A stretch of DNA of 46,784 nucleotides from the IMG/VR virus record IMGVR_UViG_3300045988_077852; one strand, written 5' to 3'. The notes beneath the pieces were generated by a model, which searched no databases, was not told the origin of the DNA, and was given only the letters and a program-made list of their open reading frames with translations. How positions within the stretch are numbered: position 1 is the stretch's first letter; each line of letters starts with the position of its first letter. Shown in pieces: positions 32,204-38,894 of this stretch. Position numbers and translations under genes: made by a program. This DNA is from a virus.

Positions 32204-32278
32204 TGGCTAGACTTTATTAAATCAAAAACAGTGTTTTTGGAGACTGTACCACATTCGGGCGTGGTACGGTCTTTTTTT
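32204..32278 (+). ncRNA. Candidate small RNA 2 (~75 nt, promoter P4 to terminator)
   Basis: Ends in a 12-bp stem agactgtaccac (32241-32252) / gtggtacggtct (32261-32272; one mismatch) plus T7. Convergent with the 3' end of gene 32283-33098. Confidence 0.3.
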
Positions 32279-32282
32279 ATTG

Positions 32283-33098
32283 TTATTTAACTTCCCAAGA
32301 TTTACCGCAGTCTTGGCAAATTGCCATTTGTTTACTGTTAATATCTGTCTTAGATGATTTCTTTTCTTTGTATTTAGACTTTTTAGGTGTTAATGCCCAC
32401 AGACCGCCAGTCGCTGCGATCATACCTGCACGTCCCAGACTGTTACCTGCACGAGTCACAACACTCTTTTTACGGACCTCAGATTTTCCCTTTGTTTTAG
32501 CTGAGTCCTGCACAAACTCATATCCTATATTCAAGCTGTGACACTTAGGACAGTATGGTGCATCCAGATAAAAAATCTTATAAAAATCTTCGGCTTTTTT
32601 GCTGTCTACCTTTTTCAAAATTTCATAGTAAGCATCCCTAGACCTGTCTTTATCCGCTTTGATTTTACTTGCATTAAAACCAAAATTACCGTTAAATTTA
32701 CGCATTTCATAATCATAAGTTAACTGATTAATAGCATCATTTGTATAATCCAGTTTGACAATAATATCTTCTTTTGGATTCTCTTCTGCCTTATCAAAAC
32801 GGCATAAATAGAAGCTGTCTTTTGCTACATAAAGTATATGTGTTAGCGTAGAAAGAAAACCACTATCTGTATATTTACCTGCTGTGATAATTAAATCACT
32901 AGGTTCATTAACAATACCTTTTTCTATAGCAATCTCAATCGTTTTTTCATCAATTTCATACTGCGGAACTTCATTATCAGCAGTAGAAACAGTAGCTAAT
33001 TCTTTTAATATTTCCTCTGTTGGGCATCCACAATTTGGGCAAGCAGAAGCTTTTTCAGAGAACTCTTTCCCACATTCAGTACAAGTTATTAATGCCAT
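32283..33098 (-). CDS. double zinc-ribbon protein of unknown function in the int-repressor moron slot (271 aa)
   Basis: Trimmed to the ATG at 33098 (AAGGAGGG RBS). N-terminal ribbon CTECGKEF...CPNCGCP. C-terminal ribbon CPKCHS...CQDCGKSW. A short hydrophobic segment GRAGMIAATGGLWAL lies between basic stretches. Confidence 0.7.
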   Translation of the reverse strand: MALITCTECGKEFSEKASACPNCGCPTEEILKELATVSTADNEVPQYEIDEKTIEIAIEKGIVNEPSDLIITAGKYTDSGFLSTLTHILYVAKDSFYLCRFDKAEENPKEDIIVKLDYTNDAINQLTYDYEMRKFNGNFGFNASKIKADKDRSRDAYYEILKKVDSKKAEDFYKIFYLDAPYCPKCHSLNIGYEFVQDSAKTKGKSEVRKKSVVTRAGNSLGRAGMIAATGGLWALTPKKSKYKEKKSSKTDINSKQMAICQDCGKSWEVK

Positions 33099-33126
33099 GT
33101 AAAAACCCTCCTTTTTATAACAATCA

Positions 33127-33246
33127 CAGGCAAGGTGGCAACCACAATCGCAGGCAAATCGCAGGCAAGAAACCACGTATTTATGCGGTTTTCAAGACTT
33201 TTTGCATAGTTGCATCACAGGCAAATCGCAGGCAAATGACAGGCAA
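33127..33246 (+). repeat. Iteron-like CAGGCAA heptamers (six exact, one degenerate), mostly at 11-bp phase
   Basis: Exact copies at 33127, 33151, 33162, 33218, 33229 and 33240. Degenerate GTGGCAA at 33136. Located upstream of gene 32283-33098. Confidence 0.75.
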
Positions 33247-33313
33247 ACATCAATCAACTATGCATTTTCTTTTTTTAAAGTCCAAGAAACAACGGTTTTA
33301 TGCGGTTTTCAGC
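33165..33313 (+). repeat. Two ~32-nt direct repeats CAAGAAAC-N-ACG-NN-TTTATGCGGTTTTCA, each followed by one arm of an 11-bp inverted repeat
   Basis: Units at 33165-33196 and 33283-33313. ACTTTTTGCAT (33197-33207) is the exact reverse complement of ATGCAAAAAGT (33317-33327). The 8-bp IR TGCATAGT (33203-33210) / ACTATGCA (33257-33264) flanks the triple iteron. Confidence 0.75.
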
Positions 33314-33495
33314 ACCATGCAAAAAGTTTTTTAAATTTGTGATTGACAAAACAATGTTTTTAGTGTATTTTTATTTTCTTTTATATAAATATATAGTATC
33401 TAAAGACTATAGTTATATATAACCTATATAGTATTATAATAATTAATATTTATATTTAATTAAAAAGAAAAAAATAAAACAAAAAAAGAAAAACA

Positions 33496-33951
33496 TTAGA
33501 GCTGTTTGAATGCAATTAGCTGAGGGGTGTATCCTGTCAGCATTGCAAGTTGCTCTTTTGTATAATCTTTGTGTTCAAGTATCACTTCGTCTGGTATCAA
33601 AAGTTCAGAAGCAAATGTCTGTGCTTCTTGTTCGATAGAGTTCTCATAACAGTTCTTGCCGAATGAGAAGAAATAAAAATCTTCTTTGTGCAGGACCGCA
33701 TGACCTAACTCATGAGCTAAGACCTCGTGATACTTTTTTTCGTTTTCTAATAATTTTTCGTTTATGTAAATAAAATCTCTTTCGTGAATCTTTAAATAGC
33801 AACCAGATATTTTTTTTAAGTCCCCAATCTGGATGATTATGTCTAATTCTTTTGCAAGCCTAACAGGGTTTCTGGTTTCGTATTTTTTAATCAAATTGTA
33901 TACAATAGATTTAATTTGATTATGATTCATACATTCATATCCTTTCTTCAC
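33496..33951 (-). CDS. ImmA/IrrE-family zinc metallopeptidase, probable anti-repressor protease (151 aa)
   Basis: HEXXH motif AHELGHAVLH. Overlaps the 3' end of the repressor gene (GTGA). Classic repressor-protease pairing. Confidence 0.85.
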   Translation of the reverse strand: MKKGYECMNHNQIKSIVYNLIKKYETRNPVRLAKELDIIIQIGDLKKISGCYLKIHERDFIYINEKLLENEKKYHEVLAHELGHAVLHKEDFYFFSFGKNCYENSIEQEAQTFASELLIPDEVILEHKDYTKEQLAMLTGYTPQLIAFKQL

Positions 33952-34331
33952 TTATTTTTCTGTTTAAGATATATAAGTGACATTTCATACTGAGCTAATA
34001 TCGCATCAAGAGATTCATCGTCAAGTTTTTCCCCATCGTAGTAGATAAGGTGTCTAGTCCTGTTTTTAAGTAAATCTCTCATTCTCTCCAGTTCGTCTTT
34101 GATGTCTATTACACGGTTATCTTTTTCTTTTTTATCTTCCTCCTTTCCCGTCATTAGGTAATCAACTGTTACACCGAAAAAATCGGCAATCTTCTGTAAC
34201 TTTTTGATGCCTGGTTTACTTCTACCAACTTTCCAATCAGAAAAAGTTGACTTAGAAACGCTAGCTTCTCTTGCTACATCAGAATCTTTCAGACCTCTTT
34301 CGTCACGCAGTTTTTGATAAATTTCGTACAT
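33948..34331 (-). CDS. Xre-family phage repressor (CI/ImmR-like, 127 aa)
   Basis: Trimmed to the ATG at 34331. HTH LKDSDVAREASVSKSTFSDWKVGRSKPGIKKLQKIADFFGVTVDYL. Divergent from the cro-like gene. Confidence 0.8.
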   Translation of the reverse strand: MYEIYQKLRDERGLKDSDVAREASVSKSTFSDWKVGRSKPGIKKLQKIADFFGVTVDYLMTGKEEDKKEKDNRVIDIKDELERMRDLLKNRTRHLIYYDGEKLDDESLDAILAQYEMSLIYLKQKNK

Positions 34332-34378
34332 AAAGCACCGCCTTTTTAAAAAAAGTTCCAAAATCCGTACAAAAACTA

Positions 34379-34407
34379 TTGACAAGTTCTAGAATCCGAA
34401 TTATAAT
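34379..34407 (+). promoter_or_regulatory. Rightward early promoter, consensus
   Basis: TTGACA (34379-34384), 17 nt spacer, TATAAT (34402-34407). Confidence 0.6.
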
Positions 34408-34476
34408 ATAACCATAAGTTCGGAAAAAAGAACAGCCATTGGTAAGTTCTTGTTATGATTTTTCTTTACATTTCAT

Positions 34477-34505
34477 ATTATAACTGATTTCCGAACTAAA
34501 ATCAA
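34477..34505 (-). promoter_or_regulatory. Leftward repressor promoter, face-to-face with the rightward promoter
   Basis: On the minus strand: TTGATT (34505-34500), 17 nt spacer, TATAAT (34482-34477). The spacer contains GTTCGGAA. 8-mers GTTCGGAA at 34418-34425 and 34513-34520. Inverted TTCCGAAC at 34489-34496. Confidence 0.45.
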
Positions 34506-34530
34506 TAGAAACGTTCGGAAAGGAGTAAAT

Positions 34531-34725
34531 ATGTATAAAAAATATTGTGCGTTAAGGGACAAAAGGAATCTGACAGATTACAGAGTGTCAGAAGATACAG
34601 GAATTGTAAGGTCTACGTTTACGGATTGGAAAACAGGAAGAAGTAAACCGGGCATCAAAAAGTTAAAGGCATTAGCTGATTACTTTGGTGTGACAGTAGA
34701 TTATTTTTTAGAGGAGAGTGAGTAG
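34531..34725 (+). CDS. Cro-like Xre-family HTH protein (64 aa)
   Basis: AAGGAG RBS. The HTH TDYRVSEDTGIVRSTFTDWKTGRSKPGIKKLKALADYFGVTVDYF is very similar to the repressor HTH. Confidence 0.75.
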   Translation: MYKKYCALRDKRNLTDYRVSEDTGIVRSTFTDWKTGRSKPGIKKLKALADYFGVTVDYFLEESE

Positions 34726-34850
34726 TGAAGAAAAGATATTCTCATAAAAAAATGAGAGCATGGTCAGAGTACCCATTGATTACAAGAATATCTTTTGTGC
34801 TTTCTTGTACAGCATTGGTACTTGCGATTGCGAGATTGCTACTTAAATAG
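34725..34850 (+). CDS. possible small membrane peptide (41 aa, GTG start)
   Basis: My translation: VKKRYSHKKMRAWSEYPLITRISFVLSCTALVLAIARLLLK*. The start overlaps the cro stop. Confidence 0.3.
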   Translation: MKKRYSHKKMRAWSEYPLITRISFVLSCTALVLAIARLLLK

Positions 34851-34901
34851 ACTGACGATAAGAGCTATGAAGCTTAGAAGATAGCAGAAAAGAGGGTGTA
34901 T

Positions 34902-35066
34902 ATGAATTTTGATGATTTGTTCTACTACCTAAATTACGGCAGAACGAGAAAACAAAAAAAGAGAGACTTAATGTTTTTAAGAACTCTCTTCTTCATAAAG
35001 CTTGCTACATTGATTTTGATGATAGTAATGCTTGCTATTTATGTATATCTACTAATAGCGAAATAA
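34902..35066 (+). CDS. possible small membrane peptide (54 aa)
   Basis: AGAGGGTG RBS. My translation: MNFDDLFYYLNYGRTRKQKKRDLMFLRTLFFIKLATLILMIVMLAIYVYLLIAK*. The 3' end overlaps convergent gene 35035-35289 by 32 nt. Confidence 0.35.
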   Translation: MNFDDLFYYLNYGRTRKQKKRDLMFLRTLFFIKLATLILMIVMLAIYVYLLIAK

Positions 35067-35289
35067 AAGCAATGACAACAGAAATAAAAGCTAAAGCAGT
35101 ATTGATAAGGACCATACCTTTAGTCCATAACCATTCTTTACGAATTGCTTTGATAAGCTGTTTATCATTTTCTAAAAATTTTAAAATTTCATCTTGAACC
35201 TTTTGATTTTTGGAATAGTCAGAAGATTTCATTTTATCAATGGTTTCTTCATCTGGTTTATCAAGATGTGGTAAAGGATTTTTAGACAT
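35035..35289 (-). CDS. C-terminally membrane-anchored protein, lone leftward gene in the early region (84 aa)
   Basis: Trimmed to the ATG at 35289 (AGGAGG RBS). TGtTATAAT extended -10 upstream. C-terminal TM MVLINTALAFISVVIAFISLLV. Confidence 0.55.
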   Translation of the reverse strand: MSKNPLPHLDKPDEETIDKMKSSDYSKNQKVQDEILKFLENDKQLIKAIRKEWLWTKGMVLINTALAFISVVIAFISLLVDIHK

Positions 35290-35333
35290 AGTATACCTCC
35301 TAAGGAGATTATAACACAGAAAGGAGTACAGAA

Positions 35334-35459
35334 ATGTATATTCCACCATTTCAATTAGGAATATTTGTAGGAGCTGTAGGAGTAATTGCATTTGAAATCA
35401 CAGCTGTATTAATCGACAACTACAGAAGTAAAAAGAGAAGAGAAGCACAAAAGAAATAA
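35334..35459 (+). CDS. possible small hydrophobic peptide with basic tail (41 aa)
   Basis: AAAGGAG RBS. My translation: MYIPPFQLGIFVGAVGVIAFEITAVLIDNYRSKKRREAQKK*. The start region overlaps the promoter of the leftward gene. Confidence 0.4.
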   Translation: MYIPPFQLGIFVGAVGVIAFEITAVLIDNYRSKKRREAQKK

Positions 35460-35575
35460 AAATGCCCCATGCGGTACTAGAACTACCACACAGGGCGAAT
35501 GTAACCACTAACCATAGCTTAGCGGTAAGGAAATTATAACACAATTTTTTTAACACCGCAAGAAAGAGGTGCGGA

Positions 35576-35824
35576 ATGGAAGATAAAACAAAGCAGTGGA
35601 AAGACTTAGAAGAATACTTTGCAACAGAGGTAATTGAGCAAAGTAAACGGACAGCAAAAAGATGGTTTGCAATCTGGTTAATTACATTCATTGCATTGGT
35701 TACGACAAATACAGTGTGGATATATGTGTTCAACTCATATGAATACGTTCAGCAGGACGGAAGCGGAGTTAACAACTATCACACCGATATTGATGGAGAC
35801 TTAGAGAATGGGACAAAGAATTAA
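35576..35824 (+). CDS. single-pass membrane protein (82 aa)
   Basis: ORF track. AGAGGTG RBS. TM WFAIWLITFIALVTTNTVWIYVF. Confidence 0.55.
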   Translation: MEDKTKQWKDLEEYFATEVIEQSKRTAKRWFAIWLITFIALVTTNTVWIYVFNSYEYVQQDGSGVNNYHTDIDGDLENGTKN

Positions 35825-35927
35825 AGCTAAGAAGAACGGCAAATACAAGAAAGTGGCGTTCAGACAGGCAGGAATGAAGAAAAGAGGATACTACCGCAGG
35901 AAGAAGCGGAGAAAGTGAGGTAAACAC

Positions 35928-36146
35928 ATGGAGTACCCGAAACCAGTTATGAAGATGGGAGAGCTTGTGAAAATGGGGTTCCCGAGGTCGTTTCTGGATG
36001 AAGCTTATCGGGAACGTGGACAAGACTTTGCACAAAAAGGTCCTAAGTCCAATTCTCCTATATTTTTCGATACAGAAAGATTTGAAAAATGGAGAATAAG
36101 AAAGCTAACAAATGAGAACCAAGCAATGCAGAGAGGAGGGTTTTAA
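35928..36146 (+). CDS. small DNA-binding protein, possible excisionase/RDF (72 aa)
   Basis: GTGAGG RBS. Size and pattern (MGELVKMGFPRSFLDEAY...PIFFDTERFEKW) are reminiscent of Xis/MerR-type HTH_17 proteins. Confidence 0.35.
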   Translation: MEYPKPVMKMGELVKMGFPRSFLDEAYRERGQDFAQKGPKSNSPIFFDTERFEKWRIRKLTNENQAMQRGGF

Positions 36147-36281
36147 ATGAAAATGGGAGCATTCATGATGGGGTGTGGACTGTTAGTCTGCGGATTAGAT
36201 TTAATGCCATTCTGGTTTATGGGTACTTGTGTAGCCGCAGGACTGGCATTAATCGCACAAGAGCGTGATGGATGGAAATGA
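36147..36281 (+). CDS. possible small membrane peptide (44 aa)
   Basis: AGGAGGG RBS. The ATG abuts the upstream stop. My translation: MKMGAFMMGCGLLVCGLDLMPFWFMGTCVAAGLALIAQERDGWK*. Confidence 0.4.
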   Translation: MKMGAFMMGCGLLVCGLDLMPFWFMGTCVAAGLALIAQERDGWK

Positions 36282-36358
36282 AAAAAAGCACCCAGACGTG
36301 CAGGTCTAAAGTGCTTAACAAAAAATGTATAACAACAGTATAGCAAGAAAAGGAGATT

Positions 36359-36772
36359 ATGACAATGATTATTACAAAAAAAGAGTTCAAAGATGCAGTT
36401 AAGAAAGTAATTATTGAAGCAGTGAAAGAAACTAGAGACCCAAACTTTACAGAAGAGGAAAACAAGGTAGCAGATAAAAATATCGCAACAGGCATGACAG
36501 AGTTTTATAGCAAACTTATTGTAAAACTTTACGGACAAGATAATGAAGAATGGATATACAACAAAGAAGAAGCATTTGATAACGCAAATACAATCTTAAA
36601 TGAAAGAATGGCGAATAACGATGCTATTAAAACCATTTTTGAAAATTTAGCATATACAGCAAGCGTACTTAGACTTTTTACAATGCTTAAAGAAAATGAG
36701 CAGGAAGAAACAGTACCAAAAGAATTTGATGTAGAAGAGATTCTGAAAGAAGCAGGGAGTGAGCAGGAATGA
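36359..36772 (+). CDS. hypothetical protein (137 aa)
   Basis: ORF track. AAGGAGA RBS. Confidence 0.6.
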   Translation: MTMIITKKEFKDAVKKVIIEAVKETRDPNFTEEENKVADKNIATGMTEFYSKLIVKLYGQDNEEWIYNKEEAFDNANTILNERMANNDAIKTIFENLAYTASVLRLFTMLKENEQEETVPKEFDVEEILKEAGSEQE

Positions 36773-37032
36773 TCGTAACAGGATACACAAACGAATATGG
36801 CGAAGTAATCCCAATGGAAGATGCAGACGATTATATCCAAAAGAGAATAAAAGGAAATGAAGAAGATAGAGAGTGGTTCATCGACTATATGTGGGATGTA
36901 CTGGAAAACAATATGGATGAACTCTTAAAACTTAGAGAAGCATTTTTTGACGATGTATGCAGTGACAAAGAATGTGACGAGCAGGGGAATGAAATTCCGT
37001 ATAACGGAGAATATGAACCAGAGGGGAGATAG
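36769..37032 (+). CDS. hypothetical acidic protein (87 aa)
   Basis: ORF track. ATGA overlap with the upstream gene. Confidence 0.6.
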   Translation: MIVTGYTNEYGEVIPMEDADDYIQKRIKGNEEDREWFIDYMWDVLENNMDELLKLREAFFDDVCSDKECDEQGNEIPYNGEYEPEGR

Positions 37033-37037
37033 ATAAC

Positions 37038-37673
37038 ATGACAATACATGAAAAGATGATGAAGATTCAGACAACATTGAAAGCACCGAAGAACCTAAGA
37101 AATTCTTTCGGTGGGTATATGTACCGCAACGCAGAGGGAATCTTAGAAGCTGTGAAACCACTTCTGGAAGAACAGAAGCTTGCGATGTACATAACAGATG
37201 ATGTGATAGCCGTTGGCGATCGTGTCTATGTAAAAGCAACGGTAAAGGTGCAGGACATTGAAACAGAAGCAAGCGTAGAAGCAACAGCACTCGCAAGAGA
37301 AGCACTTAATAAAAAGGGAATGGATGATTCTCAGATAACAGGGACGGCATCATCTTATGCACGTAAGTATGCCTTAAATGGAATCTTCTTACTGGATGAT
37401 ACAAAAGATGCTGATACGGACGAAAATCAGAAAGAACGCAAAGCAAGAGCGGACAAGCAAGCAGACGATAACAATGCGGATGCAATCAGAGCTATGAAGA
37501 TTTCAAAAATCAAGCAGGACACACTTTTAAGCTTATGTGATGAAATGGCATTTGATATTAACAAGATTCTTGCATCTTATCATCGTGAATCCATTTCAGA
37601 AATTACTGAGGGAGAATATCAATATATAGTCTCTAATAAAGATAAGGCTAACGTAAGAAAGATTTGGAGCTGA
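37038..37673 (+). CDS. erf: Erf-family single-strand annealing protein (211 aa)
   Basis: KMMKIQTTLKAPKNLRNSFGGYMYRNAEGILEAVKPLL...TGTASSYARKYALNGIFLLDD matches the ERF superfamily pattern. Confidence 0.8.
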   Translation: MTIHEKMMKIQTTLKAPKNLRNSFGGYMYRNAEGILEAVKPLLEEQKLAMYITDDVIAVGDRVYVKATVKVQDIETEASVEATALAREALNKKGMDDSQITGTASSYARKYALNGIFLLDDTKDADTDENQKERKARADKQADDNNADAIRAMKISKIKQDTLLSLCDEMAFDINKILASYHRESISEITEGEYQYIVSNKDKANVRKIWS

Positions 37674-37677
37674 TTAG

Positions 37678-38238
37678 ATGGAAACTAAAGCCAAAATTCA
37701 TGATATATCCATTGATTTTGAAAGCGGTAAGCAGGTTATTTCCCTTGTGTGTGAAAAAGACATACGAGGGGAATATGATCGACTAAAAGATAAGGAATGT
37801 AGGCTTAAGGTTGTTCATTACCGTGAGGGCAGGTCTTTAGATGCCAATGCATACTTTCATGTATTGGTTGGAAAAATCGCAGAAGTAATGGATTGTAGCA
37901 AGGTGTTTATAAAAAACAAAATGATAGCGGAATATGGGCAGTATGAAAAGATAAACGGAAAGCTGATAACTATTCCGTTAGATGATGATATAGAAGCTTA
38001 CGACGTAGAGTTTTGCCACCTACAACCAACAACGCAGACGACAATCAATACGGCAGGAAAGATTTTTAGAATTAATATTGTTATGAGAGGAAGCCACACA
38101 TACGATACGAAAGAAATGTCTGAATTGATAAAAGGAACGGTGCAAGAAGCAAAGGCATTAGGTATAGAAACAGCAACACCGCAGGAGATAAAAGAAATGG
38201 AAGAAAGGTGGAGAGTAAAACTTGAAAAAGCTAACTAG
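37678..38238 (+). CDS. NinB/Orf-like recombination mediator (186 aa)
   Basis: REGRSLDANAYFHVLVGKIA parallels the lambda NinB segment RNRSLDQNRKLWACLGDVS. Sits next to erf. Confidence 0.4.
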   Translation: METKAKIHDISIDFESGKQVISLVCEKDIRGEYDRLKDKECRLKVVHYREGRSLDANAYFHVLVGKIAEVMDCSKVFIKNKMIAEYGQYEKINGKLITIPLDDDIEAYDVEFCHLQPTTQTTINTAGKIFRINIVMRGSHTYDTKEMSELIKGTVQEAKALGIETATPQEIKEMEERWRVKLEKAN

Positions 38239-38509
38239 TGTATTTACAGAAAATATGGACTGTTGCATTTACACAGGTTCTTACATAGTGGAAAGACATC
38301 ATATTTTCGGAGGTTCTAATAGGAAGAAAAGTGAAAAATATGGATTTGTCGTACCACTAAGACCAGACTTCCATCCGAACGGTGTACATTTTAACAGAAA
38401 AAATGGAGACATAGATACAAAGCTTAAGACGATGGCTCAAACGTATTATGAAGAGCATATCGGTAGCAGGGAAGAGTTCAGAAAGGAGTTTGGCAAGTCA
38501 TGGCTGTAA
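38222..38509 (+). CDS. small HNH-like (degenerate) phage protein (95 aa; TTG start)
   Basis: ERHHIFGGSNRKKSEKYGFVVPLRPDFHPNGVH...REEFRKEFGKSWL resembles a common Firmicute-phage family. The usual zinc Cys pairs are partly missing. Confidence 0.4.
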   Translation: MKKLTSVFTENMDCCIYTGSYIVERHHIFGGSNRKKSEKYGFVVPLRPDFHPNGVHFNRKNGDIDTKLKTMAQTYYEEHIGSREEFRKEFGKSWL

Positions 38510-38877
38510 CATACACGATCCAAGGCAGGCTGGACGGATTAAACGATTATACACAATCATGCAGGACTAACGCATATAAAGGTGCTGACTGCAAGAAAAA
38601 AAACCAAAGAATCTGTAAATACAGCATACCGTTATGGTTACGAAAAAAGAAATTGAATTTCCCAGTGATCGTTGAGATTACATGGTATGAAAAAAATAAA
38701 AGACGTGATCCAGACAATGTTGCATTTGCTAAGAAATTTGTCTTAGACAGTCTAGTAGAATCTGGAACATTCCCCGGAGACGGACAGAGGTATGTACTAG
38801 GATTTATAGACCACTTTAGAGTAGATTCGAAAAATCCAAGGATAGAAATTACTATTCATGAGGATAACGATAAATAA
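38500..38877 (+). CDS. rusA: RusA-family Holliday junction resolvase (125 aa)
   Basis: RRDPDNVAFAKKFVLDSLVESGTFPGDGQRYV contains the conserved D-x-D-N / D-D signature. Size fits. Confidence 0.7.
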   Translation: MAVTYTIQGRLDGLNDYTQSCRTNAYKGADCKKKNQRICKYSIPLWLRKKKLNFPVIVEITWYEKNKRRDPDNVAFAKKFVLDSLVESGTFPGDGQRYVLGFIDHFRVDSKNPRIEITIHEDNDK

Positions 38878-38894
38878 ATGTAGGAGGGCAGTGA

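Noticed and set aside
33099-33176. N-terminal 26-codon extension of the zinc-ribbon ORF (start at 33176)
   Set aside because: The extension is encoded by the iteron repeats and lacks an RBS. The ATG at 33098 has a perfect AAGGAGGG RBS and begins the zinc ribbon.
33127-33246. CRISPR array
   Set aside because: The repeats are only 7 nt with 4-nt spacers at an 11-bp period. There are no ~30-nt repeat/spacer units and no cas genes. This is an iteron/operator-type repeat, not CRISPR.
33020-33334. 104-aa plus-strand ORF
   Set aside because: The reading frame is generated by the CAGGCAA/TTTATGCGG repeats. It has a repetitive RQ/GK-rich product and no RBS, and it overlaps the RBS and start of the convincing minus-strand gene.
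35811-35921. 36-codon highly basic ORF (MGQRIKAKKNGKYKKVAFRQAGMKKRGYYRRKKRRK)
   Set aside because: It is very short, overlaps the end of the preceding gene, and has only a marginal RBS. It cannot be supported from sequence alone.
35398-37305. Minus-strand ORFs 35398-35733, 35769-36035, 36143-36538, 36217-36495, 36529-36840 and 36925-37305
   Set aside because: All are antisense to RBS-supported plus-strand early genes. Their products are Leu/Phe/Cys-rich shadow sequences, and no RBSs are seen.
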